64,000 bases of DNA from Albugo candida (lineage: Eukaryota): contig JBDOQK010000005.1 in the NCBI GenBank assembly GCA_040437565.1, forward strand, positions 186,001 through 250,000, given 5' to 3'. Shown piece after piece: positions 25,795-38,822 of the stretch. The notes under the pieces are model-generated. The model worked only from the letters and a program-made list of their open reading frames with translations, was not told the DNA's origin and made no database searches. The translations under genes were made by a program, and so were the position numbers. Position 1 is the stretch's first letter; every line of letters begins with the position of its first letter.

Positions 25795-27304
25795 ATGCTC
25801 ACTACGCTTTGTATTCTTTGCGTAGTAGATTTGGTTGATAGTGTTTGGCATTCTCGACCGGTCATTTTACTTTTTCACGAGTCCTTTTGTCGGGAATTCG
25901 AATTTCTCAATCTATGGACACCATACGTTTATCTATCTGTCCGCGTATATGGGTGGCTTGTTGCAGCGGCATTGATCCACTTTCCATTTGCAACAACTGG
26001 TTTCGTCGACGTCACTATGATCAAACAACCTGGGAGTCCACGACATTTACATATTGTCATAAGTCTTATAGTACACGATTCCTACACTCAAATTTCTCTA
26101 CTTTTTCCATTCTTTACAACGAGTTTTATCCTTCTTCCATTGCTGGAGGTACTGATGGTCATTTTCCCACAAGTTATCAGATATGCTCGCTTAAACTGGA
26201 AGATGGCCGATATTCCGTACTACATGCATATGCAGTTGGCAATTGATCGATATCAACTTTTGTTACTTGTAGAATCATGCGCTCTCTTTTCAATGTTACA
26301 CGGAATAGTGCTGCAATCAGTATCGCGTGTGTGGCGTTGATCGTACACTGTGATGCCTCAGTACATGTACATATGCTTTCTTTACATACAACTGGTCCCT
26401 CATTTGTGTTTGCTAGCCGCGTGGACCTTCCACTTACAATCGTCACGCATGTGAAAAGCTCTTTGACTTCTCAACAACGTNNNNNNNNNNNNNNNNNNNN
26501 NNNNNNNNNNNNNNNNNNNNNNNNNNNNNNNNNNNNNNNNNNNNNNNNNNNNNNNNNNNNNNNNNNNNNNNNNNNNNNNNAATCGGTTCATTTGCAACCG
26601 GGATTGGCTTGGTGGATGGCATCTGCCACAAAAAACCAGTCATTTCGTACTTAAACTTCCGAAGGGATGGTGGTTAATCGCGGTTGATTTGGCATTAGAA
26701 GATGATATCAACACTGAGCAGTTTGAGTTATTTCAACGAGTTGCGGAGAAATTTATTCAGCCCGAAGATGCAGTCATCATTGTAACACATGAACCACGCT
26801 GGATTTTAGATGGAGTAGAAGGACGGGAGAAATCGGAAGAGAAGCTAACGTATCTGATCAATCGTGTATTTAACGGGCGTGTCGTAATTCGTCTTGCTGG
26901 GGATATTCACAATTACATGAGGCACTCACTCGTTACAGGTGTATCAGCTGAAGATACAACAACCGAAACCAAGGTAGATACCATCATTGCGGCACCTTCA
27001 CATATCATGCAACTCCTCTATGTCAAATGTGCCCCAGATTCTAGGCCCAACGCGTTGTTGGGATCATATCCAGACATATACGACCAATGCATGCACCAAA
27101 ATTGTGATACCACCCGTGTTAATGATGCGACATATGCTCTGTCGAATTGCTATCCTCCGAAACACGTTTCTAGGTGAGGGTCAATCTTCCTCGATCCGAC
27201 ATAGACGCTACGCATTGCTAAAACGTTTCGCCAACAAAGTATGGAAAGAGCTCTGTGCTTATAACCACGTGGACATCTCTGACTGCAAAATTCGCTGGTA
27301 TTAA
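25795..27304 (+). pseudogene. Degraded or fragmented membrane-bound calcineurin-like metallophosphoesterase
   Basis: After the gap: FICNRDWLGGWHLPQKTSHFVLKLPKGWWLIAVDLAL, IIVTHEPRW, LAGDIHNYMRH, YPPKHVSR. Before the gap: TM region VYGWLVAAALIHFP. The GGGGAFLHPTH motif and C-terminal part expected for this family are not visible. Confidence 0.65.
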
Positions 27305-30300
27305 TTAGATTCGCACTAGTGGAGAATTTGAAGACTTGACACGGTTCGAGATGTGGACGTATAACGTGAGTGTGCTTCCCTACGTTTTTGTACTGCTGTG
27401 AATGGGAGCTGTCCTAGCTTCTATCAGCTCATTCTTACCATGGCCCGTATGGGGAGTACATTACAACGAGGCCTCCGCAGCACTTCAATTATCGAGCTGT
27501 AAGATCTTTCTTCGACTTCATCTTCAATCTAGCAAAGATTTACTCCTTCGTGCTATCTGGGATTGATAAAATGCCTTGAAAATGGTGCAGGTAGTGATTA
27601 TACTCAAAAATCATGATCAGGCTGGCTTCTTGTAGAGACGTAGTCTGGAGTGGTGCCAGTAATCATCCAGAGAACTAAAAGCCGTCAGTCTTACAAGTGG
27701 TAACGCCCAAGTTTTCAGAGATCGGTGCCGACGAGATGAAGCAATATGATGCGAGTTGATTTTGAATATGAGATTATCGATGGAAAGTTGAATATTTACG
27801 AACGTTCGGATGCACATTTGATTGATCAAACCCATTTTTAAGAAGCCACCACGCATGTTGTCATCGGTCCGGACAATCACACACATGATCTGACTCTAGA
27901 GTATTCTTGGTCAAGTACTATTGAATTCGTTCAATTCGTTCATGATGTGTTTGCTTACGATAAAGCAATAGAGGGCAAGTTGTAAGATTCAAATCAATCA
28001 AATGTTGACTTCTGGGGAGATAGTTGTACTAATCCACATGCTGGACGCTAAAATTATCGACAAACCGCCGAATCATCATCATGTGCACTCAGTCCTCCGC
28101 CTTCTAGACAGCTAACCATTTGATCGGTTGGTAAAGCCATACCAAGATCTTATTCAACAACGGTGCTGCCTCCCGACTTTGGAACCTTACCCGATGTATA
28201 ACCCTTCAAGCTAAGCTCTCGTTGTCCGCTTTGATCTCTGTCAACTTTGGAAGACTGTTAAATTCATGATATAGTGGACGAGTCGCATCAGTATTGTTCT
28301 GCTTCGGAAAAATCTTAGACACGTCCATTTTTCCTTTTAGCGCATAAATCGCTCCACCACTCGATTCTGTATCTTGTCCGATGTATTGCAGTAGGCTCAC
28401 GACCTTTATAACATTCCGGCAGCAGCGTTCAATTTGCTTTGCTGTGTGACAACCACTTGCATCCTCGGTGGCAACCGCACATATGTAAGCTTCTGAAGAC
28501 GCTTTCCTCGTCATTTTTTATTCTCCTTCCTCCCATCCAAGCATTGCTTTGAAAGCATGATACCATCAGATTTGGGTTCACAAGAAAAAGAAAGATGAGT
28601 ATCGCGATGTGTAATTATGCTACTATATACAGCGCGGATTGCAATCCAACAGATTACTTACATTACTTCTATTGTGAAGGGAATCCATATAGCGCTGTCT
28701 CCAGCTTCTCCATGAATATTATTTTGCGATCAGGTATCCTGTATTCACCATAGTCAAAGTTGCATGACTTAAAATTCTTCTATGTGGATCTCTTCATGCA
28801 CAATTGTATTCGAGCGGCGCTTGTGATATCAAAATAGCGTTTTCTTATACGATATACAATGCATTCGATGGCTCGACTATTTTCTCAATTACACGGTGCT
28901 TAGACGACTTTGCGCGAAATTCGCACTAAAGATATGCTATAATATAAGCACCCACGGTACCACTTCCAATAGCACTAAGGGGCATTGTGTTCGATTGTGT
29001 GCGATTTTTGCGGACGGTGTCTCTTGCCTACGGAGATGACTTTTTGCATGAACCCAAGTGAATATGCTTAGTAACGCATGAATAAAAACTCAACTTTGGT
29101 CACAGTACTAATATAAACAATAATCGCATGAAGGCTAAACGAGATGAATCGAGTAGACGTATCTCTGATGAAAGGAGACTCATGTCGCTGTAATGGTTGT
29201 GTCTGCCTGTCATGAAGGAACTGATTGATTGCGTGACCCATTCATATTCACTAAAAATGGACCGCATTTCGAGATTGTGGTGAATGATTGACCGGCATTG
29301 CTATGTAATTCGATCGGAGAAGACGGTGACAGCCTACTTCACTCTTCATTACCTACCACAGAAAGATTTCAAGATAGCGATCCTCACACTCGTTTATCAA
29401 ATTCAGGGTCAGTATCGAAACCTGCAGTCGCTGCTTGCTGCACCTTTGGCATGGATTCTATAGCACCTTAAAGCGATTCAGGACAAAGCGACCATGCTGA
29501 CGCNNNNNNNNNNNNNNNNNNNNNNNNNNNNNNNNNNNNNNNNNNNNNNNNNNNNNNNNNNNNNNNNNNNNNNNNNNNNNNNNNNNNNNNNNNNNNNNNN
29601 NNNATAAATTCTATACATTTATACAAACTTTTTAAAAAAAGTCTCTATAACGAAGTCTGCGCTGTCAGTAAATATCAATGAAAGCGCGACTTCATTGCTC
29701 TAACAGAAAACGTAGTTGTGCGCCAGCTGTCCTGACAACCAAATTTGTTTTCGGTACAATATTCGTTTCAGCCCCATATCAGCAGCACTAGGGATCGTCG
29801 AGACATTCGTCAATTGTGTCAAACATAGTTGTGCGTTGAACATGGTGATTGTTTTATTTGCATTTCAAAGTGTAGCTACAAGACCAAGTCTTTTCTTGCT
29901 TTCAAGAAGCACAAACGACCTATATTCAAGTGAAAGTGTGGCAAGCTCGTTCGCGGGTATTGCCAATCTGAGTTATTAAGGTCTGGCGCAAGTTATACTT
30001 CATTTAGTGACTGCGGTAAAACCACTTCTAATGATCCGTCCGTATTATTAGCACTCTACCGCGTTCGATTCCCTGCCCAGTCCACGGGGAAAGTGTAGAG
30101 GTCACAGAATGTTAGAAAACAGGCTTCGCATTTCGTGGGATAATCCGCACCCACAACACTATTTCAGCATTTTAGTGTATTTGCTGATCAATGCCATTGA
30201 GGCCAAAACCTTGACAGAGTCACACGATGACAGGAACGATGTTAGTGGACAGATACGTTAGTTGCATCGTCCAGTCCATAGCAATTAGCCCGACCACCTT

Positions 30301-31417
30301 ATCAGCTGATAAACGCCATATTCGCGAGGCATACACATAACTGATTGACTTGGCGAACCACCTCGACTTAGCGATTTGGGACGGACTGTTTGCAGTAGAC
30401 AAATGTACTCAAAGTTGCCAAGTTCTTTGTTTGTTCAAGTGAAAGTCCACGGCGCGGAGATGGCGTGTGATTACAATTTGGAAAATAGACAAAACTACAG
30501 TGGGCGCATGACCATTCTCCTTATGCAAATTTCTAATAAAAACCGATGCAACATTTCTTTTTTTACAGGGCGCATTTATTTTACGAGTGATGCGTCATGA
30601 ATATTAAAATAAGGCGTTGAATGAGGAGCTCCTCACACAACTTCAAATAATGTCAAACAGAGCGGCTGTCAAAGTAGCTACAAGTGCAGAACGCATTATA
30701 GCAGATTTGCAAGTTTACTTGCAAAGTAATGCAGATTCAGCGCAAGCATCACGGTTTGATCATGGGTGGTACACTTGAGGGCTAGACATGCGTCGTGAAA
30801 GCCCATCATTATAGTAAGAATGAAAGTTGCATAGGGTCAGAAGTGCTATCGTGATTAGTCCTCGTGGGATCGACATAGCTATATGTCGCACTAAAGCGCA
30901 ACATTACAAAAGATACAATCTCCGGCGCATTCCTGCCGCAGTAAACATCTCAAACAAATTTCTCCTCACGTTAAAGAGCAAATGATTGAGGCAAGGCTAC
31001 CGTTTTGATTGAGAAAGTTGATGTGCAACTATCAATTTAGGCACGTAATTAGCACTCTCACGCAAATATTCTCTTCTGCAATAATGATATAGTGGCTCCA
31101 AACGCACGCGTTACCTATAAATTTGTTTGTTTTAGGTGCTATAATATGATGTATTCTGGCCTCACGCTTGACAGATTTCAAGATAAACGAAAAGCCTGTA
31201 ATAGTTTCACTTTTCCAGTTATTGCGTGATTGACTAAGCGCTTGATGACCTCATATCCGAATAGTTATTTTACCATTCAAGCCTGAGCCCGTGCTATTAC
31301 TTGATAGACAGTACAAGAACAAGATCACATAGCAGCCTTGTCAGTACTACCGGCTTTACAACAATTTGATACCGAGGCAGTCAGTAATCAACGGTATAAA
31401 ACTCATGACTACGAGGA

Positions 31418-32952
31418 ATGTTGCTGGAAATGGTGGGCTCATGGGCACACGGTACGCAATTTTACAACATTTACAGAACGTTGAGCACTACTTATCAGTA
31501 TGCTAGAAAACAGGATGCTGATGTCTTGCTGCAGAACCTGAACACAACTGCGTTTCTACAACAATACAAACAGGACAAAAGGGCTCTAAATTCAGCACCG
31601 GGAAATGAGCCAACACATACATACGACAACGCACTGGTTCTCAAATATCTTACTTTGCAAGGGATATCATCTAAATAGTCATATGAGCAGAGAAAACTCG
31701 ACCAAATAGCAAACAAATACTTAAAGCGCCAAATTAAGCAAAATTTGATGGAAAAACTTGGGCAGCTAGAGGACGAAGATGCGTTGCAGGATAGAAACAA
31801 AGTGTCTACTGCTGAAACCAGTGAAAGGCTTCTACGAAGCCGACAGCAGTATGATAAATCGATCTGCGAACGCGAGGCACTTTTTCAAAGAATCCGTCAA
31901 GTTGCAGATACCGTCCAGAAAGGTTTGACAGTCATTTTTTGTCAAAGATCATTTGCAAGAAATGTTTCTAAAATCAAAAGTCATCAGAAAAGAAGCAATT
32001 AGATCATATGGTGAATGAAGCGGCTGAATGTTACGAAAGCAAAGCGGAGAAATTGACAGAGCAGTGGACGGAATTACAGCGGAGAAATGCACAGAGAAAA
32101 GCTGCGATTCAAATGTCAGCAAAACGAATGATCAATAATGAAGATGATTGTAAAGCTGTGCTCGAGACCCAAACAAAAAATATTCAGGAATTTCGCCAGC
32201 AGAAGCAAAGCCTGCAGGTATAACTGCTGCATCTTTCCTTGATGATAAAGTTCACACTTTGATGAGTGAAGGATAACAAACTCGATCTTGTGGCGCAGCT
32301 CAAGTCGATGACAACGCAGTACGAATCTCTATCAAAAAAGGTTTGTTTAATATATGACCGCCAAATGCAAAGCATATGATGTTCATAATACACATAGCGA
32401 AGTAACAGAGAGTCGACAGTGGATGCGAAAATGCGCGAAGAACAAACTATTACATTGCAAAGAATGCATACCTGGTATGAACGTAGATTCTTCAATTCCT
32501 GATTAAAGATTTTCTTTTCTTACTCCGTGTGCAGGTACACTGCACTATGTCAAACGCTGGAGAAAATATCGGGCGTTAGAGTCTTGGAAAGTGAGTGTAA
32601 CGAGGAAAACGTCACAATACTTGTTCTCGAAACGCTCAAAGTACGACTTTACTATCAGGAGCACTCGAATCAGCTAAAAGATGTCAAGGTCAATATACAA
32701 CCGCATTGATGGCTAGAGCAATTGCATCATCATTACTTTGTTTTGTAGATTTCACCGACAAGGTTGGATATGTCTGCTGTCATTGATTACGCCATTCAGG
32801 AAAACGACGTCAAGTATTTCTGTGCAGCCGCAAGAAAACTTGTACAACAGACAGCTTCGTCAATAGAGACCTCAGACGCTACGAAGGATGATACAGGTTT
32901 GCTTGAGAAATCCCATAAGGCTGATTGTCTCGCACAGATATCAGCTGATTAA
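31418..32952 (+). CDS. Multi-exon coiled-coil protein with globular C-terminus, possibly a Zwint-1/Sos7-like kinetochore protein
   Basis: Chain of short ORFs linked by GT-AG introns. Long coiled coil, then WYTALCQTLEKISGVRV...IDYAIQENDVKYF. Family call is tentative. Confidence 0.55.
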
Positions 32953-33106
32953 GTATATCGCAGCAGTCATCGAGTGAGATGTTACAATAAAACTCTTTCT
33001 TTCTCGGTGTGAGTAACAGCAAATCACCTGACTCAATCTACTAATTGCGTCCTGTTAACGTATCGGTAGAAAACCGTCATAGGCATATTATAGTCAGTGA
33101 ATAGCG

Positions 33107-34366
33107 ATGTCATACCACAAAGCGACATCCCCTGCGGGAACTAACATTCGTGATTCGGTCAATAGCAATGAAACGATACAAAGAAACGTGTACGATCACG
33201 AGGAGCCCATTATTAGTGGCCCGAAATACAGAGACGTGCTGAGAAATTGGCATAAGGTAAGTGCTGAAGGTTTGGTGACGATAATCGGCATTGCCCTGGG
33301 AGGATACGCTGGTGTAGCTACTCGTGTCGTATTGACTTGTATGAGTTCCTGGCTGACAGATAACAGCCGTTTCTTGGATGCTTTTGGTAGCTCGTATATT
33401 ATGGCAAATGTGCTGGGTACATTGCTGATGGGAGTCGCTGTCCGTGGACGATGTTTTATTGCTTCACATTTCCTCGTGTACTACACGTCATTCACGACTG
33501 GTTTTTGTGGATGTCTTACAACATTTTCAAGTTGGAGTCTTCATGTTGCAGCTTCCTTTGTGCATGGAAGATGGTGCGATGCCATCTTAAATTTGATTCT
33601 TCAGTTTTCTATCGTCGTGTCTGCATTTCGCTTCGGAAATCACATGGTAGAGGTTTTGTCAGAGTATGTATATCCAGATTGTTGGCGATTGCGTGTTGAC
33701 ATTGCCAGACTCAGCAGTACCTTTGGAAGCAACCTGAATAAACTACAACGCGGAACAGAGGAGACTGCATCTGACGGTCTTGTCCCGCCATTGAAAGCGA
33801 CATTAGAAGATGGCCATTTGATTTGTAGACAGCTACTTAGTGAAGGCGGTGGAAAAACACATCATTACAACGTGAAATTGTGGCTGCTTACGGGGATTGC
33901 AGTCACTTTAGTCGTCTGGATTTTTCCATTTCTAGGCTGGTCTGTTCATACTAGTTCTCGATTTCTTGCCATCTGTATTGCCCCTCTGGGAGCATGGAGT
34001 CGCTTCTATCTTTCACGCTACAACAAAAGATCAAAGTGGAGCCGCTTTCCACTTTTTACACTGATACCGAACGTTACTGCGTCGTATCTTTGTTGTATCG
34101 CTTCTATCATCAGGAGCAATTCGGTAGGACGAATGGGAAGTGAATCTCACGTTTACACATTACTTGGTGATGGGGCCTTCGTCGTTGGTTTTCTGGGCTC
34201 TTTATCGACAGTGTCAACATGGATTTCTGAGATCGATGGACTGAGCCAAAAAAGTACAATGTCTGCATATCGCTATGCTCTGGTCACGATTGCAAGTGCA
34301 CAATGCGGCTCTGTGATTATATTGAGCCTCTGGGTCGCTTTTGGACCACATCCTCTGATACCTTGA
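33107..34366 (+). CDS. FEX1: Fluoride exporter FEX (two fused CrcB/Fluc domains)
   Basis: GGYAGVATR, ANVLGT, TTGFCGCLTTFSSW in repeat 1; APLGAWSR, FPLFTLIPN, GFLGSLSTVSTW in repeat 2. Confidence 0.92.
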   Translation: MSYHKATSPAGTNIRDSVNSNETIQRNVYDHEEPIISGPKYRDVLRNWHKVSAEGLVTIIGIALGGYAGVATRVVLTCMSSWLTDNSRFLDAFGSSYIMANVLGTLLMGVAVRGRCFIASHFLVYYTSFTTGFCGCLTTFSSWSLHVAASFVHGRWCDAILNLILQFSIVVSAFRFGNHMVEVLSEYVYPDCWRLRVDIARLSSTFGSNLNKLQRGTEETASDGLVPPLKATLEDGHLICRQLLSEGGGKTHHYNVKLWLLTGIAVTLVVWIFPFLGWSVHTSSRFLAICIAPLGAWSRFYLSRYNKRSKWSRFPLFTLIPNVTASYLCCIASIIRSNSVGRMGSESHVYTLLGDGAFVVGFLGSLSTVSTWISEIDGLSQKSTMSAYRYALVTIASAQCGSVIILSLWVAFGPHPLIP

Positions 34367-34605
34367 TGTGAAGCACCACAAAATAGACGTCCACCGGGGC
34401 GCAGGCGTGGAAGAAAGTCGATCTACAAGTGCACTCCAGAACCAGGCAGTGTCGTTTTTTTCGCAGAAGAAGAAATACGCAACCAGCAAACTGTACTATA
34501 TGCTATTCAGGATATAGTAGACTCTCGCTCATCTACAAAACCACGATATGCCCTATAGCAGTCATCTGGAGTCTCGGCCATTTTGTTGTGGAAGCAAGCT
34601 TGAAC

Positions 34606-35088
34606 CTAACTTTCACGACTAATCACTGCAAGGACATATTCCGCATACCCAGCGATTTTGCGCATATTTTCTTCCGTTTCAAGAGCCCATTCATCAAATG
34701 CAGACAGTTTCTATCAATACAATCATTGAGATCATTTACAGCAGAACCTGTTGAATTCGCAATACCTTCCATTTGGTTTCCAATCGCTTTTGTTCCGTGT
34801 TCCACTTGACCGCACGTTGACAGATTGACGCAACATTTCGGTTTAGTCGGACCGTCTCCTTTTCAACATCTCGCTGTAACACTAATGCTTTCTCGGCGTG
34901 CGGCGAGACCAATGAGCTTTGACAGCGTTGTAAATCAACAATGCTCGACAGCAGTTCTTGTTGAGCACGATCTTTTCGAATGTCGTGAATATCAATCACA
35001 CTGAAAAATCAGCAAAGTGTTTACCAGCTTCGACCTTCTTTTCTCGGTGTTGGCTTTCAAGATTTTGGACTTGGGCTCTCAGCATCAT
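34606..35088 (-). CDS. BLOC1S1: BLOC-1 subunit 1 (GCN5L1), 3 exons
   Basis: Spliced product ...QRDVEKETVRL...FDEWALETEENMRKIAGYAEYV matches the BLOC1S1 pattern QxxLxxExxxL...xENWAxxxExDMxxIxxxLEYV. Confidence 0.75.
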
Positions 35089-35279
35089 ATAATCGAACTT
35101 ATGAATTACTTAGCAGCAGCCGTCAAAAGGCCCAGAAATATAGATGCAAAAACGAACATTTCTACGCCACATCATTGGGCACTTACGCAGTATATAGGAT
35201 CTGCTGAATATACCACTATATTCGTCTTTGTGTACAGTCATTTTCCAAGGCCAAAGTCACACAAAAAGTGCACACATCA

Positions 35280-36125
35280 TCAATGCCAGCGCATCGGTAC
35301 GCTCCTCCTCCAGTACCGATGATAGACCGCACCACACATTGCGCCACCGAGATGTGCAAAATGACCAATGCGGCTATCTTGCTGGAACCATCCGTAAAAA
35401 TCTTTTCCAATAAACAGTACGCCAAATAGCCATGCTGGCATGGGCAATATTCCAAATATGTACACCATCGAATGTGGAAACGTTAGGACACTGAATGCAA
35501 TGATTGCATTAACTGCCCCGCTCGCACCCAGATTTAGTATGGGTTTTTTCGACTGACTTTGCTCCCAAACTGCTGCAAATGAAGATAGTACTCCACTTGA
35601 TAGATACAAATACACGAATCGCTTCGGGCCTAATATTTGTGCAACTTGCCTGCCAGAAAAGTACAAGCCGACCATATTGGCAAGCAAATGACTTATCTGC
35701 GCATGACTGAACACGCATGTCAGTAGAGTGTAATATCTTCCACTTTTCAAATGCTCATATGAAGTTGTAAAGTGCGTCAGCATTCGAACTTTTCTCTGAC
35801 GAGTAATCGCTGATACCCACAGACATGTGACCATAGCATTTGTCAAAATCAATGCGTGAATGACTCCATCGGATGTGATGTTCATGCGGCGACCGCTTTT
35901 ACTATTGAACGATCGTCCTTTCGATAGCTGTGCATACCGAGTATTTACACATCGTCGTGGTATTAGATTTGGTGGGTACATTCCTCGATTACATAACCTA
36001 TCGAATGAACGGTACCATGGTCTTGCAGTAAAGCACGATGATGATGAAAAAATTGATCGTCGTACAAGGCAAGAGTTCACAATACTGACGGGTGAACGCC
36101 CACGCAATAAAGGAGCAACATACAT
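35280..36125 (-). CDS. Rhomboid serine protease, mitochondrial PARL/Pcp1-like
   Basis: FSH..HLLANM, catalytic GASGA and AHLGGA, Arg/Ser-rich presequence-like N-terminus. Confidence 0.9.
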   Translation of the reverse strand: MYVAPLLRGRSPVSIVNSCLVRRSIFSSSSCFTARPWYRSFDRLCNRGMYPPNLIPRRCVNTRYAQLSKGRSFNSKSGRRMNITSDGVIHALILTNAMVTCLWVSAITRQRKVRMLTHFTTSYEHLKSGRYYTLLTCVFSHAQISHLLANMVGLYFSGRQVAQILGPKRFVYLYLSSGVLSSFAAVWEQSQSKKPILNLGASGAVNAIIAFSVLTFPHSMVYIFGILPMPAWLFGVLFIGKDFYGWFQQDSRIGHFAHLGGAMCGAVYHRYWRRSVPMRWH

Positions 36126-38822
36126 GTCAGATCGTGATAAAGAAAGTTGACCGCTGAATGGTGACGTGTTATAACTGTTATGACTTGGGGATTCGACACA
36201 CCTGGCAAATGGTGAAATGAATGAAAGTTAAGTTGAGACGCACTAAAAAGGCTCTCATAATTGTGAGCGAGAGCATAAACGACGCTCCAATTGTTGCGAA
36301 CTGTGTTGAAATGTTTCGTTGTACTAAGTAGCATTGCGTTACAAGTCATTTTTGAGTGAAATGCCCGAGTAGCAATGGAACTTCGAATTTCGAGTTGTAC
36401 CAAAAGCGCATCATCAGTATATAATGGTGACTAAGGAGAAAAACTGTAAAGGATACGCCTTTTCTCACCCAGGGTAAGGAGTGGGAACTTTTTAGTGAAT
36501 TCATGCATCGAGTCATGGCAACTGAATCCGCAAAAGCGATCACAGAGTGTTCTTCATCTTTGCTTATCAGTTGAAATGATCGGCCGCACCTAAATCAAGT
36601 CCGTGAGAAACTAATCAACATGCTTACTCGGGAATCGGGTCAAATTACGAGCGACATCAGAGGGTAAAACTACCAATAGAGTCAACTCGACTTCAGTCGC
36701 TGGTGAGGAGATCAGAACTACGAATCCATTTAGGGAAAAAGCCTGATACCTGGCTCAGAAAGCGTTTGATGATGGAAGTTGCGGTTAGACTACCGCAAAA
36801 GCTTCAAGTCTTGCAGGAGATGAGAAGCCTTTTTCCCAACCTTTTGTGCAACTAGCTGGTCTCAAGCCGGAGATATATAACACAATTTAGCCGAGTCAAA
36901 TCTATTTTTCATTTTCTGAGGTGGGACTGCTTCCTGGAGGTGCGAGGTGGAATCAGGACACTTGCAGACGAAGGAAAGAGCCTGAAACGGACATCAAGAA
37001 GTTGTTTACTCAGTACATTTGTAATTGCCTGAGCAGGTTCCACCCGCACTTTTATTGGAGTTGGCATTTATGAGTCAAGTTACCGTGACCTTCTCGGCTC
37101 CTCAGCAAGAAACACATGTGCAATCTCTTCGAGTCTATAGGCACGATCAGCTACCACAATTCTATCTTCACTTGACTGCACAATCATTTACCTTCGATCA
37201 CCAACGACGTTAACTCCACAACAACAACAAAAAAGCAGCCTCGGTTAGGATTCGGCACGTCAACAATTGCAGAATTAACTATCGCAATCATTGCTATTGA
37301 GACTCCAGTGTTATACCTCAGCCTAAAATATGGATAATGTAAAATAATCACTCCCCTCTCTTGTCATTATCATGCGCCGTCGGGTCAGCAGTGCATGACA
37401 ACTGATCTTCTGCTCGATCTATAAAAAGAATTATTTTCCCTAGCTGGATCTCCTACTCAAGGTATTGCCATGCGGCAATACCGCTTGCGGCATTATTGAC
37501 GGTAGCAGGCCCTGAAGTGAACGGATATGTCTCTGTGGCATCCTTTAAGCCTCTGGTGGTCTGAGTAAATGATATGTAGAAATACAGGAAAGGTGCATTC
37601 CGAGATCCATCTCACATGTCAAATTTACCAGCAAAAGCACTCGTAGCTTTGTCTACGCTACAGAGTCTAGTCTTCTTCTCTTGTGCGATGCAGTCCGAAA
37701 ATGTAACAATCATTGCCAGCGAGATGCGACGAATGTCCTTCACCGCTCAAACTTATAGCTAGTATTTGATAATATATTACCGTCGACTTCAACACAGCGA
37801 TGCATTGCTTTTGCATTGATGAAGGCAAAGTATTGGAGTTGATTTCGGTTTAAGATTGCAAAATGGTACTTTCGAGCTCGTTTATCACGAGCGGACGTAT
37901 GTGGGCGCACATTACACGAAGAAGTACGTGCCTCACATCCAGCGAGGTTTATGTCAAAACTTGGCTGACCGGTGAGGAGAGCGCGTACTTGGCTCCTCGA
38001 CGATGCCCTACGATTCGACGGGGTGTTAAGATTGGATTCCCGCTGCTTTCGGGCCGTAATTTTTATTGACTTACGGAAGTGATGCACGCAGACGAATGCA
38101 GTCAGTGCTGTCTTGTTTGCCATTTAACATCGCAGGCTGCAACGATCGTGGAACTTGGAGCACACAATACCTTGACGCTGCCGCTTTTGCACACAAATCA
38201 TGCCGGTAGTCTTGCGTGCCATCAGGTCAATCGAAATTGCACATTTTCTAGGCACTTGCTGCGACCCACGCTCAATCGTCACCTCATGCGACCCGCTTCT
38301 TTATGTGTGCGGAAGGGCGACCACGGGCTTGATACTGGAGATCTGATATTTTCATAGCAGCGAGCGATCTTAGCGACACATTGAACTCATTAGCGAGCTC
38401 AAACGGGAATTCGATACACCATGAAACAGGTGACATTGAGCGGCGTGGCGTCATCCTTGTCTTCCAAAACGCTTTGCGGGTTATATCAATAAAAGACGCG
38501 GATAGACTTTTCAGCTTGTTCAAATAGACCACTCAGAAAGCCACAATCATCGCCTGCTCTCAAGGAAGAGAATGGTACATGCCGGCATGCTGTAATAGCC
38601 ACATGATATACAGTCAATAAGATATGGACACGGTGATGCTCAAATGCCAAAATAGATAACAATATAAAGAACGCTTTCATGATGGGACGATACTCAATTG
38701 GAAGCGCTAGCTCGCCCTTCCAAATGTGCTCTATATAACAACGGAATGGAAGTCGCGCCGATATTTTTGGCCACCACTGCGCGAAAAGTACATCGAACTT
38801 AGGAGCCTTGATTGGTTGGTAA

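Noticed and set aside
27617..28514. Possible retroelement remnants
   Set aside because: No recognisable RT, integrase or RNase H motif and no LTR pair.
30030..30110. tRNA-like GTTCGATTCC word within an imperfect hairpin
   Set aside because: No T-arm pairing, A box or cloverleaf could be built.
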